From the NCBI RefSeq assembly GCF_035084215.1, contig NC_090345.1, positions 6,634,001 through 6,698,000 on the forward strand: a stretch of DNA of 64,000 nucleotides, given 5' to 3'. Shown here piece after piece: positions 35,620 through 48,045 of this stretch; within the stretch, counting starts at the first letter, position 1, and each line of letters starts with the position of its first letter. The translations under genes were made by a program, and so were the position numbers. A model generated the notes under the pieces. That model worked only from the letters and a program-made list of their open reading frames with translations. It had not been told where the DNA came from and did no database searches. This DNA is from Heptranchias perlo (taxonomy: Eukaryota).

Positions 35620-35990
35620 AAACTAGGCTGATACGGCATGGTATGGGTATAAACCTTTCATCCTCCACCTTACCCAGATTCGATTCCAGACTGAGGTGTG
35701 TGGGAAAGAACAAATTCTCTTCAGTCAGGGTTCTAAGTGAGATTACTTGGTCAGTCTCAGTCCAGTTCCTACTAGAGCAGGGCCTTCAGCACAAAAACCA
35801 CTCCCAGTTTGGCAATCACAGTCTGTAGAGGCCACTCTACGGCTGAGGTTTGGGACTGAGCCACATTTTTTAGGCGGTGGAGAGAGTTTTACTCTGGATT
35901 TACATGCGGTACACCTGACCTGGGAGTGCTCGATGCTAACACTGTATCCCCAGTTCTAAAATCCCTCACTTTGATGAGCACCGATAGAAC
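35620..35990 (+). mobile_element. LF-SINE-like SINE
   Basis: 35737-35814 (gtgagattacttggtcagtctcagtccagttcctactagagcagg...cacaaaaaccac...tttggca) resembles the LF-SINE core as I recall it; not verified by search. Confidence 0.55.
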
Positions 35991-36334
35991 AACTTGCTTG
36001 TACAATGGTATAAAGGTAGTTACTTGGCTTGTTGTTTATGAGAGAAGGTAACTAAAGAGTTAGATACTTGGATACTTTGAATGTAAAAGATATTACAGGA
36101 CTGAGGATGTTCATTCTAAAGCCCCTCCCAATTACTTCCCTGGATTAGATGTTCCGTTTGGTAGCTGCTATTCTCTGTGATTTAGTACACGACAGTATTC
36201 CTGCCCACCCACCCAATGGGTAATTACAACATACAGGTACTGAATCACAGAGGACTGCAGCAACTAAGAGGACAATCGAAGCCAAGGAAGTTAGACCGTC
36301 ATAGTGCAGGTAAGGCCCTCAATGCTTTGCAAGT

Positions 36335-36800
36335 AAAAAGAAACAAAGAACTTGCATTTATATAGCGCCTTTCACAACCTCAGGACGTCCCAAAGCGCTT
36401 CTACAGCCAATGAAGTGCTTTTTGAAGTGTAGTCACTGTTGTAATGTAGGAAACGCAGCAGCCAATTTGTGCACAGCAAGATCCCACAAACAGCAATGTG
36501 GTAATGAGCAGATAACCTGTTTTTAGCTGTGTTGATTGAGGGATAAATATTGGCCAGGACACTGGGGAGAACTCCCCTGCTCTTCTTTGAAATAGTGCCA
36601 CACGATCTTCTACATCCACCTGAGAGGGCAGATGGGACCTGGGTTTAACATCTCATCCAAAAGACAGCAACTCCAACAGTGCAGCACTCCCTCACTATTG
36701 CATTGGGAACATCAGCCTGGATTTTGTGCTCAAGTCTCTGGACTGGGCCTCGATCCTAGGCACCACAGAGGTGAGAGTTTTACCCACTGAGTCACAGGCT
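36335..36800 (-). mobile_element. DeuSINE, full length
   Basis: Complete head, Deu body and L2-type tail in reverse orientation. Confidence 0.9.
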
Positions 36801-37419
36801 CTGCCTGACTCAATGATTAATTGTACAGGGAGTATTTCTCTGCAGCAGCCACTGCTGACCCTGACCTGGGAGGGTTTGGCCCTGACAATGGGTAGCCAAA
36901 ATGGCAAGTATTCCATTCCCCAGTATTAACAACCCTCACAGAAAATTCACCAAAAAAAAAAGTTTGCACATCAAAGGGTAAATAGTACCCTCGTACTGTT
37001 TGTTATCAGGAGAGGTGTCCAACAGTTATCAGTCTATCTGCTGCAGGCCTCGTCGGAGATGGTGTGCGGTGACCTGTTAGATAAAAGAACTGTGCCAACA
37101 GTAACCTCTTGGTATCAGTAAGTCGTAATCGTGATAAACACATAACTGCTTCACCAGGAAATGTTCCTCTGAAATCAGAATCGCTAAGGAACTCTGTGCA
37201 TAAAAGCAGCCACCCCCTACCCCAGGCAGTGAGCGGACTGCCTGATGTAATGAGTCATACAGAGCAGGCAGGTCCCAGCTTTAGAACCCCAGTCTCTGCT
37301 GAGTTAGCTGATCTCAGTCAGTGTGGCAATAGGGGTCTAGAATGGGCCGCTCTGCCCCTCTCCTGGGTCCCTATTCCTGGGCTAGGCTGTGATCTGAAGA
37401 TTCCCGTTGGTAAATGTTA

Positions 37420-37700
37420 TGTGTTTTAGTTTTTGTGTTTGCATGTGTATGTGCACGTACATAAGTGTGCGTGTGTTTGCATATAGATGTGTGCATCTGT
37501 CTGTATTTGCATGTGGATGTGTGTATGCGTGTTTGTGCATTTGCATGTGGATGTATGCTTGCCTGTGTGTGCATCCGTGTCTTGGTGTGCACATGTGTGT
37601 GTGTATGTGTATACCTGTGTGTGTGTATGTATATACCTGTGCGTGTGTATGTATATACTCGTGTGTATGTCTGTATGTGTATTCTTGTGTGTTTTTGAAT
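37420..37700. repeat. (GT/GTAT/GCAT) low-complexity tract
   Basis: Degenerate GT repeat. Confidence 0.9.
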
Positions 37701-37817
37701 GCTGGCAGTTGATAGGATCCCATTCAACTGTGATGTCACGCCTCCATGGTCAAATAGCTGACAATCATTATCCCGGCTCACACAATGGTCAACTGGGCAA
37801 AGCAACAGAAGCCAGTG

Positions 37818-38383
37818 AATGCCCATGGGGAGTCTGTGCCCGTGGGGAGTCTGTGCCCATGGGGAGTTTGTGCCCATCATGAGTCAGTGCCCGTGGGGAG
37901 TCTGTGCCCGTGGGAAGTTTGTGCCCATCAGGTGTCAGTGCCCGTGGGGAGTCTGTGCCCGTGGGAAGTTTGTGCCCATCAGGAGTCAGTGCCCATGGGG
38001 AGTCTGTGCCCATGGGAAGTCTGTGCCCGTGGGGAGTCTGTGCCCGTGGGGAGTCTGTGCCCATCAGGAGTCAGTGCCTGTGGGGAGTCTGTGCCCGTGG
38101 GAAGTTTGTGCCCATCAGGAGTCAGTGCCCATGGGGAGTCAGTGCCCGTGGGGAGTCAGTGCCCGTGGGGAGTCTGTGCCTGTGGGGAGTCAGTGCCCGT
38201 GGGGAGTCTGTGCCCGTGGGGAGTCTGTGCCCGTGGGGAGTCTGTGCCCGTGGGGAGTCTGTGCCCGTGGGAAGTTTGTGCCCATCAGGAGTCAGTGCCC
38301 ATGGGGAGTCAGTGCCCATGGGGAGTCTGTGCCCGTGGGGAGTCTGTGCCCATGGGGAGTTTGTGCCCATCATGAGTCAGTGT
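37818..38383. repeat. 17-bp minisatellite (GTGCCCGTGGGGAGTCT)n, about 33 copies
   Basis: Tandem array; the variants GTGCCCGTGGGAAGTTT and GTGCCCATCAGGAGTCA recur in ordered blocks. Confidence 0.97.
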
Positions 38384-38439
38384 GAATAGTTTGGCCCAAT
38401 TTACCTCTTGCGAAGGCAGCTAAAGGTTTCAGTACGTTA

Positions 38440-38892
38440 TGTCAGCCATGGCTCAATGGGTAGACCCTCTTGCCTCTGAGTTTGAAGGTTCTGGGTTTAA
38501 GTCCCACTCCAAAGACTTGCGCACAAAATCCAGGCTGACACTCCCAGCGCGGTACTGAGGGAGTGCCGCACTGTCGGAGGTGCCGTCTTTTGGATGAGAT
38601 GTTAAACCGAGGCCCCGTCTGCCCTCTCAGGTGGACGTAAAAAATCCCAGGGCACTATTTCGAAGAAGAGCAGGGGAGTTCTCCCCGCTGTCATGGGCCA
38701 ATGTTTATCCCTCAACCAACATCACTAAAGACAGATGATCTGGTCATTATCACATCGCTGTTTGTGGGATCTTGCTGTTGCAAATTGGCTGCAGTGTTTC
38801 TTGCATTACAGCAGTGAGTACACTTCAAATGTACTTCTTTGGGACGACCTGAGATCGTGAAAGGCGCTATATAAATGCAAATTCTTTCTTTT
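38440..38892 (+). mobile_element. DeuSINE, near full length
   Basis: tRNA-like head (gtcagccatggctcaatggg...gggtttaagtccc), Deu body, and aaaggcgctatataaatgcaa + TTTC tail. Confidence 0.92.
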
Positions 38893-39659
38893 ATCTGAGC
38901 CCAGCTGAAGTGAGTACTTCTGGGAAAGGGTGAAAACTGGGAGAAATTTGGGTATTTCTGTATTCGACAAGCAGAAAGCAGAACTCAGCTGACGCATTCC
39001 CTTTTGGGGTGCTGGTGTTGCGTTACTGATGTTTGTGGGTAGGCCCGAGGCCTACTTAGGCGACAAGGCCACAAAGAACTTCAAAGGGCAGAGGTACAAT
39101 AAGGAACAATAAAGGATGTCGGCAGGTAAGCAAGAACCTCTGATTGCCTTCTTCACCCCCTGCACCTCACTGAAGCTGGCAGTGTCTCGAGGTTGTAATC
39201 TATTGCGTGTGCTTTATCTCTCGCATAGGCCCCCCGAGCCATTCGGGAAGAACTAAGGGTCACTTTTGGCAATTTTTCACATTAATGTCTAACCCAGACT
39301 ACCTTTGATAAGATAGTGCATGTTAACAGCACATTCATCAACACCATCCTGTGCTTTGTGAGCTCACTGATCAAATGTGGAACCAGACTGGCTTTAGATA
39401 AAGAATAGTCAAACACAGACAGTGCGAAAATCCTTAATCCCTGGATAATCACAACCGGGAAAGCTAGGCCTTCAGTGAGCAAAGGGATCAATGCCCTTAT
39501 TTTCTCTTCTGAGCAAGTCACAACCAAAGCATTCGATTCTATTCCGAAATGCTCTTTTTGTATTTCTTTCCGATCTTCTGCCTTTGTCTCCTGAAGATGC
39601 TGCTTTGTGGTGGGGTAAAGTTCCACCTTCTGGTACCTTGCCCTAAAAGCCAGAGGATC

Positions 39660-40260
39660 ATAAGAACAGCAGGCCGTTCAGCCCCTCAAGCCTGCTCCGC
39701 CATTCTATTGAATCACAGCTGATTTGTACCTCAACTCCATTTCCCCGCCTTTGCTCCGTATCCCTCGATACCCTTACCCGACAAAATTCCATCGATCACA
39801 GTCTTGAAAGCTCCAATTGTCCCCCAGTATCTGCAGCCTTTTGGGGGAGAGAGTTCCACATTTCCACTACCTTTTGTGTGAAAAAATCCTTCCCGATTTC
39901 ACTCCTAGCTCTAATTTTAAGATTGTGCCCCCTTGTTCTAGATTTCCCCCACCAGAGGAAATAGTTTCTCTGTATCTACTCTGTCACATCCTTCTATCAT
40001 TTTAAACACCTCGATCAAATCACCCCCAACCTTCTAAACTCAATGGAATGCAAGCTAAGTTAACGCAACCTCCCCTCGTAATTTAACCCTTTAAGCCCCG
40101 GTATCATTCTGATGAATCTGCAGTGCACCCCCTCCAAGGCCAATATATCCTCCTGAGGAGAGGAGCCCAGATCTGAATGTAGTATCTCCAGATGGGGCCT
40201 GACCAAAGCTCTGTACAATGCAAGCATCACTTCCACCCCATTGTATTCCAAACCTCTTGA
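39660..40260 (-). mobile_element. CR1 3' fragment
   Basis: LYRALVRPHLE...LEGV.CRF.RMIPGL.GLNYE.RL. Confidence 0.88.
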
Positions 40261-40584
40261 GATTTTTCATGTGTGAGCCCAGGCGCTCATGCTACGTTAT
40301 TTAGCCATGGTAGGCATCACAGCCAAGCCTGATCCTGTCCTAATCTCAAACTCACGTGCACGCTTTCCTGCATCGGTCACTGAATAGTGATCAGGTACAG
40401 GGGCTTGATTGACATTTACCTTCCCTCTGTAATTAAGGGAGACTGAGACCAGCTTTAGCATCATCCCCACTGCTGCCCCAGGTGAGGTTAGCTAACTCAG
40501 CACAGACTAGGGATCTAAACTTGGCTATTCCTTGTCTCAGTATCACACGGGGCAGCATCTTGAATCCTAAGGTAATCCTATAAA

Positions 40585-41045
40585 GAAAGAAAGACTTGTA
40601 TTTATATAGCTCCTTTGACGACCTCAGGACATCCCAAACTGCTCTACAGCCAATTAAATATTTTTGAAGTACTGTCACTATTATAATGTAGGAAACAGTG
40701 CAATCAATTTGCACAAAGCAAGGTTCCATAAACAGCATTGAGATAAATGACCAGATAATCTGTTTTACTGATGTTGGTTGAGGGATAAATATTGGTCAGA
40801 ACAGCAGGGAGAAATCCCCTGCCCTTCGTCAAATTAGTGCCATGGGATCTTTTACATCCACCAGAGAGGGTAGACAGGGCCTTGGTTTAATGTCTCATCT
40901 GAAAGTCAGCACTTCTGGTATTGCAGCACTCCCTCAGTCCTGCAGCGGGAGTGTCAGGCTGGATTTTATGTTCAAGTCTCTGCACTGAGACTTGAATCCA
41001 CCGCCCTCTAACCTCAGAGGCGAGAGTGTTGCCCACTGAACCAAT
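40585..41045 (-). mobile_element. DeuSINE, full length
   Basis: Reverse complement of the 38440 copy. Confidence 0.9.
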
Positions 41046-41954
41046 GGATACCTGGGAGCGAGTTACAGACTGGAATCTAATCGAGGGGTTCGGATGGTTC
41101 AATTTTAGGTTGGTTTCGAGCTGGATAGAGGTGTCATGGGGAGCAGTGACAGTGCGGTGTCCCTCATCGAACTGATGCACAGTGAGATCCACATCCTCGA
41201 GCATCAGTAGAGACAAATAATCACTGCTAAGATTATCAACTGTAACAGGGGGGGCGAGACAGTTAGCTGATGTTAACGTCAACAAAAATAATAATCTTTT
41301 CCTGGGATTATTTTTCCCAATTATCCTCCATCCCCCTACCGTCTTGAAGGCAGCGACTCCTTTATTGGAGCATGACTTCATTGGTTTCCCTCCAGTTGCC
41401 TCACCCAAGCGGTTATTCTTATGCGTGCGCAGGCTATCAGACTGTGGAGGGCATCACAGCCAAGTCCCACCCTCGTCCTCGTCCCGTGTCCATAGCAGCA
41501 CACTTCCAGCAGGGGTTGCTATTTGAGCCATTGAGGAGGTGGGAACCCTGAGTAATTTCCCCTCCTCCCAGCCGTGTAGGGTTTGCTGTGGACAATCGTC
41601 TTACTGATATCACTGCCTCGCTGGAAGGAGCTAACTCTGCACTGATAGGGAATTGAACCCCAGGCTCCCTGGTCCTTCCCACTGATTTAATGTGAAAAAT
41701 AACAACTTGGGTATAATGCCCTGACCTTCTCAGGCGAACATGACCCTACGCGGAGAGTTTAGCGCCGTTGAAATCACCTCAAAGTCTGTGCCGTGTTGGA
41801 TATTGTACTGTATATTTACACCTGCGAGTTTGCATTGCAAAACCTGTTTTCTGTTGGGACAAAGAAAATAAATTCTGATGGCTCCTGCAAGCTTGAAAAT
41901 GCTACCATGAGGTGCTAGTGTAACATTGTGAAAAATTCTCTAGAAAATAGAAGT

Positions 41955-42332
41955 GTGACCTGATTGAGGACTTTAAGATAATGAACGGGTTTGAAAGGGT
42001 AGACGTGGAGAAAATGTTTCCACTTGTGGGGGAGACCAAAACTAGAGGTCATAAATATAAAATAGTCACTAATAAATCCAATAGGGAATTCAGGAGAAAC
42101 TTTTTTACCCAGAGAGTGATGAGAATGTGGAACTCACTACCACAAGGAGTAGTTGAGGTGAATAGTATAGATACATTTAAGGGGAAGCTAGATAAGCACA
42201 TGAGGGAGAAAGGAATAGAAGGTTATGCTGATAGGGTGAGATGAAGGAGGGTGGGAGGAGGTTCCTGTGGAGCATAAACACCAGCCCGGACCAGTTGGTC
42301 CAAATGGCCTGTTTCTATGCTGTAAATTCTAT
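41955..42332 (+). mobile_element. CR1 3' end
   Basis: TRGHKYKI...RNFFTQRVMRMWNSLP; attctat tail. Confidence 0.9.
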
Positions 42333-42739
42333 ATAAGGGAAATTCACAAAGCTGTTAAGTATTTGCATCCCACAAGGTACTTTAAAGGCTGTAAAATAAA
42401 CAAATCAATGCCCGTGTCTCTGGAGGTATCTGAGATCCATCTCAAGTGTTGGCATCCATCAACATCTCCAGATGTCACAGGGCCTCTTGCGACAAAATAT
42501 AAACACTGGCACCAGAGTGGGAACCTGCCCTAAGTGCCTGGCCCAACGATACAGCTTTATACCAACAATTTGTGGGGACCAAGTACAGCTGAGAGCAGGA
42601 GGGGAGGATAGGGGAACTACGTGACATTTTTTGTTTCTTTTTAAAAGAGATTCCATACCGTACGTAGTCCTGCTGGTGCAATGTCTCTTTTAGGTGTTAA
42701 AGATGAATCAAATGTAAGAAATGCTGAATTCCAGAGGTG

Positions 42740-43925
42740 AGGTGAGAGTGACTTCCCTTGACATCAAGGCAGCATTTGACCGAGTGTGGCACCAAGGAGC
42801 CCTAGTAAAATTGAAGTCAATGTGAAGCAGGGGGAAAACTCTCCAGTGGCTGGGGTCATACCTAGCACAAAGGAAGATGGTAGTGGTTGTTGGAGGCCAA
42901 TCATCTCAGCCCCAGGGCATTGCTGCAGGAGTTCCTCAGTGCAGTGTCCTAGGCCCAACCATCTTCAGCTGCTTCATCAATGACCTTCCCTCCATCATAA
43001 GGTCAGAAATGGGGATGTTCGCTGATGATTGCACAGTGTTCAGTTCCATTCGCAACCCCTCAAATAATGAAACAGTCCGAGCCAGCATGCAACAAGACCT
43101 GGGCAACATCCAGGCTTGGGCTGATAAGTGGCAAGTAACATTCACGCCAGACAAGTGCCAGGCAATGATCATCTCCAACAAGAGAGAGTCTAACCACCTC
43201 CCCTTGACACTCAATGGCATTACCATCACCGAATCCCCCACCATCAACATCCCTGGGGTCACCATTGAGCAGAAACTTAACTGGACCAGTCATATAAATA
43301 CTGTGGCTACAAGACCAGGTCAGAGGCTGGGTATTCTGCGGCGAGTGACTCACCTCCTGACTCCCCAAAGCCTTTCCACCATCTACAAGGCACAAGTCAG
43401 GAGTGTGATGGAATACTCTCCACTTGCCTGGATGAGTGCAGCTCCAACAACACTCAAGAAGCTCTACACCATCCAAGATGAAGCAGCCCGCTTGATTGGC
43501 ACCCCATCCACCACCCTAAACATTCACTCCCTTCACCACCGGCGCACTGTGGCTGCAGTGTGCACCATCCACAGGATGCACTGCAGCAACTCGCCAAGGC
43601 TTCTTCGACAGCACCTCCCAAACCCGCGACCTCTACCACCTAGAAGGACAAGACCAGCAGGTACACGGGAACAACACCACCTGCACGTTCCCCTCCAAGT
43701 CACACACCATCCTGTCTTGGAAATATATCGCCGTTCCTTCATCGTCGCTGGGTCAAAATCCTGGAACTCCCTTCCTAACAGCACTGTGGGAGAACCGTCA
43801 CCACACGGACTGCAGCGGTTCAAGAAGGCGGCTCACCACCACCTTCTCAAGGGCAATTAGGGATGGGCAATAAATGCCGGCCTCGCCAGCGACGCCCACA
43901 TCCCGTGAACGAATAAAAAAAAAAT
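42740..43925 (+). mobile_element. Family-B CR1-group LINE, 5'-truncated, open RT C-terminal ORF (327 aa) with poly-A end
   Basis: DIKAAFDRVWH, GVPQ.SVLGP, MFADDCTV and YKAQVRSVMEYSP motifs; uninterrupted ORF at 42877-43860; 3'UTR ends in gaat(A)n. Confidence 0.95.
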
Positions 43926-44819
43926 GAATGGGTCTGCAGAGTTTTCACAGTGTGTGGAATTGGGAAGGAAATTCTATTTTTTATGTTATATAGGTCCGAA
44001 ACAACAAGAGCTTGCAGATAAGCTGACCTCCCCTGATAATACCTCAAACCAGAGACTGTGAGACACAGACAAGTCCCTTGATCTGTAGATAAGCCAGGAT
44101 ACAGAAGCTTTGATTTCAGGTGCTAAGCAAATTATGTCTCCTTTAATAAAAATGTATTTACAAGACTCGCTCTAGCCAATCGGACAGAATTTTGTTTTCA
44201 GTTGCTTCCAAGTGCTGTTTGTGAAGCTACAAAAAATATATATATTTACAAATGAAATGGCTGAACCAGCAAGGGAGTTTTACCCTGAGATGAGTTGAAG
44301 TTGTGCATTGTTTAGAAGCATTGGCAGGTATGCAAGATGTGGTTTCAACGACCAGCAGGTGTCAGCAGCAAAACGACAATGAAGAGGCCTGCCTTAGCTT
44401 AAAAGGAAGGTCGCTTACTGTAATATATGGCCCGTGCTGCAGTGTTCAGTTCCCTGCTTTGAACTGCTCTATTACATTAAGGGAGATCAACTCCCACATC
44501 ACATCCAGCAATGCAGTCAGAAGTTACTGAAAAGAAGTACAAGGATAAGGAGTGTCATTGGCTTGAAAAAGTTGATGCATTGCAAACATAAAATAATTCA
44601 CCCCAGTTGCTTCCTGCTTCTGTGTAATTATATTACTTACAAATAAACCTAAATATTAGTTTTTGCCTGAAGCTAACAGTAACCACCTCTGACAATGCAG
44701 AAATCTCTCAATACTGCACTGAAATGTCAGTCTTGGTCATCTGCTCTAGGCCACAGTGGTGATTAAACCCACAACCTTCTGACTCAGAAGCAATGGCTAC
44801 AACAAATGAGCCACACCTT

Positions 44820-45600
44820 ACACAGTTCAACATTGATGCCACACCTAGACTATTATGTGCAGTTTTCAGTTGCCTGCCTCAAAAAGGACATTACTGCTTT
44901 GGGTAGATTTCAGAGAAAAGTTGCAACGGATGGTTACAGGAATCATGGCTCTAAGTTATTAAGACTCAAGTTGTTGTCATTCCCGCAAAAACATGATCAA
45001 GGTCTTCAAACTGTCGAGAGCAGTGGACGATGAAGGTATAAGCAGGTTGCTTAAATTGGAACCTGAGCACAGAACTAAAGATACACGAGCACAAAATTAA
45101 CAAAGAAACACCAGAGATTAGAAGACATTTTCCCTCACAAAGCAACGGGCCGGTAAAATGGGTTGTCAGCAAAAGCAGTTGATGCTGTGTCACAAGAACA
45201 TAAGAACGTAAGAAATAGGAGCAGGAGTTGGCCATACGGCCCCTCGAGCCTGCTCCGCCATTCAATCAGATCATGGGCTGATCTTCGACCTCAACTCCAC
45301 TTTCCCGCCCGATCCCCATGAGCCTTGATTCCCCTAGAGTCCAAAAATCTATTCATCTCAGCCTTGAATATACTCAATGACTGAGCATCCACAGCCCTCT
45401 GGGGTAGAGAATTCCAAAGATTCACAACCCCCTGCGTGAAGGAATTCCTCAATGTGTCAATGAAGAGTCTGATAAATATCTGATTAGAAAGAAAAAACTT
45501 GCATTTATACCGCGCCTTCCATGACCTCAGGACGTCCCAAAGCGCATTACAGCCAATGAAGTATTTTGAAGTGTAGTCACTGTTGTAATGTAGGAAATAA
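44820..45600. mobile_element. Cluster: old CR1 (+), CR1 tail (-, 45197-45450), DeuSINE tail (-, 45488-45600)
   Basis: LMPHLDYYVQFS motif, aagaacataagaac tail, and cttgcatttata SINE end. Confidence 0.75.
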
Positions 45601-46342
45601 TGTTGTAATATTAGAAATAGTTTTGAGAGGTTATAAAGTTAGTCAAAGATGAAGATGATTAAATATCTTGTGGAATGCTATGTTTCATGTACTGTTGGGA
45701 CCGTGAATGTATCATGTGTGGAATATAAAGAGTTGGGGTTGTAGGTTGTTGGATGTGCCTGTTTGATTAATACACTGGCGTTTTGATTGATTGCTTTGGC
45801 CGGGGAGACTGGGAGAAACCTTGGAGAACCTTTCCTCGGAAGGTTATATAGTTCGGATGGAGTTTGTGTTCTGGAGTTTTGTTTGATGTATCTTGGTTGT
45901 GCGACAGAGGGAAACTTTGCAGAACCTTACTGAGGCCGCTGAATGTGTGGATTAGACTCTATGATAGAGTGGATTGTACATGATTTGTGGAAGGACCACA
46001 CTTGACCACTTCTCACTCCATGTTTGCTGATGTTATGTAGAGTCAATAATAATATAATTCAAACATGGTGTGTGGAGAAAATTTACCTCGATGGGTCAAA
46101 TGGCCTTTTCTCCTTCTATATCTTCTTAAGTTCCCTCTATTATTAACCCGACCTGGAAAATGATCTCAGAGAACCATGTAATGTAAACTACATGTTACCC
46201 TCCTAATTCTGGCTTCCTACCCACCCTCTCCCACTGCTACACCTTCAATAATGGAGCCTTCAGCTGTCTCAGCCCCACATTTTGGAATTGTCTCCCTAAT
46301 ACCTCTGGCTTGCCTCTCTCCTCAACTTCAAAGGCCTCCTCA

Positions 46343-46697
46343 ATCTACAGGATACAATGCTGCAACTCGCCAAGGCTTCTTTGACAGCACCTCCCAAACC
46401 CACGACGTCTACCACCTAGAAGGACAAGGGCAGCAGGCACATGGAAACACCACCACCTGCACATTCCCCTCCAAGTCACGCACCATCCTGTCTTGGAAAT
46501 ATATCGCCGTTCCTTCATCGTCGCTGGGTCAAAATCCTGGAACTCCCTTCCTAACAGCACTGTGGGAGAACCTTCACCACACGGACTGCAGCGGTTCAAG
46601 AAGGCGGCTCACCACCACCTTTTCAAGGGCAATTAGGGATGGGTAATAAATGCTAGCCTCGCCAGCGACGCCCAAATCCCATGAACGAATAAAAAAA
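46343..46697 (+). mobile_element. Family-B LINE 3' end
   Basis: Near-identical to 43570-43925. Confidence 0.92.
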
Positions 46698-47599
46698 GTA
46701 CCTACCTCTTTGACCTTTCCTTTGGCCACCTCCACCAATTCTTTACTCTTACAAATGTTCGTCAACTGTGAAGTTAGAGGGTGCTAGATAAATGTGATTT
46801 GCAATCGTTAAGTAGTTCGTCCTCTTCACTGCACTCAAGGGCATTTCTGTAGTGTTCAAATAACCGGTACCAAGTAATTTGAAGACAAGGGAACTGACTG
46901 CTTCCCAATGGATCTCAGTGTCAAACCCTGAAGCTCTGCTCCCTTCGATTTGGAGTTCATTGGTCTGAATGCTGAGTCTGTGTTCCTGTCCAAAATGGAG
47001 TCAAAGAAAAGATGATATCTCGTTAAGTACCAAACGAGTTGCGTCACTGCTAAGACCCTGAGCCGCAGTCCTAACCCCAACCTTGGGTTTTCATCTCACA
47101 AGGTGTAATAATTAATATTAAATCAATACAAATGTTAGCATTTAGCATATCAGAAATTCACTTCTCAATTAGCCGTCAGCTTTCTTATTCAGGATAAAAG
47201 CCCAAAATCAATATCCTGTCTGCCTGACTGTCAAGTATTGACTGATAGAAAGAATGTTCATCCAGCCTGTGCCACTCCCTGAATTCATTCTGTCCAGTCA
47301 CATATCTGCCACCCTGGCCATATTTATAGGCCGCTTGTGCTAAGTTCCACTGTGTGAGAAGATTGAAAGATTTGAGACATTTTTTGGAAGGGAAGGGAGA
47401 GATCTTGGGGTGGATTATGGTCTCTCTACTACCCCCCCACTTCCCCCCACCCACCCCCCTGTGTTTCGGCAGGAGCAGGGCAGTAGCGAGACCAATAATG
47501 CAATGCAAAACCTTCCGCCATCGGGGACTGACCCGGAAATAGGTGAGATTGGCCAAACCAACGCACACCAGGCGTCAGATCTGGAATCGTCCAGGTGTC

Positions 47600-48045
47600 A
47601 CTGTGTCTCAGTGGTCGCACGCTCACCTCTGAGTCATGGGGGTTGTGGGTTCAAAGACACGCTCCAGAGACTCGAGCACAGAATCTAGGCTGACACTTCA
47701 GTCCTGCACCGTCTAGAGGTGCCATCTGTCAGAACAGATGTTAGACCAAGTCTACCCTCTCAGATGGACGTAAAAATCTCACGGCCTCTATGTTGAAGAA
47801 AAGCAGGGGAGTTCTCCCTGTGTCTTGGTTAATATTTATCCATCCTCCAATATCTTAATAAACAGATTATCTGGTCATTATCACATTGCTGTTTGTGGGA
47901 TCTTGCTGTGCGCGATATGGCTGCTGCATTTCCTACATTACAACAGTGTTTACACTTCAACAGTACTTCATTGGCTGTAAAGCGCTTTGGGACGTCCTGA
48001 GGTCATGAAAGAAGTGATAGAAGTGCAAGTTCTTTCTTTTTCTTT
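47600..48045 (+). mobile_element. DeuSINE, full length
   Basis: Head, Deu body and TTTC tail. Confidence 0.88.

Noticed and set aside
33656-38389. Repetitive ORFs (TKGTDQG..., SVPVGSLCP...) and CRISPR-like appearance of the 13- and 17-bp arrays
   Set aside because: These are pure tandem minisatellites with no unique spacers and no cas genes, in a eukaryotic context; the ORFs are repeat translations.
38440-38520. tRNA-like A/B boxes at SINE heads
   Set aside because: They lack a full cloverleaf and continue into SINE bodies; not tRNA genes.
42877-43860. 327-aa RT ORF as a domesticated or active gene
   Set aside because: 5'-truncated, with no endonuclease or ORF1; one of several near-identical LINE copies.
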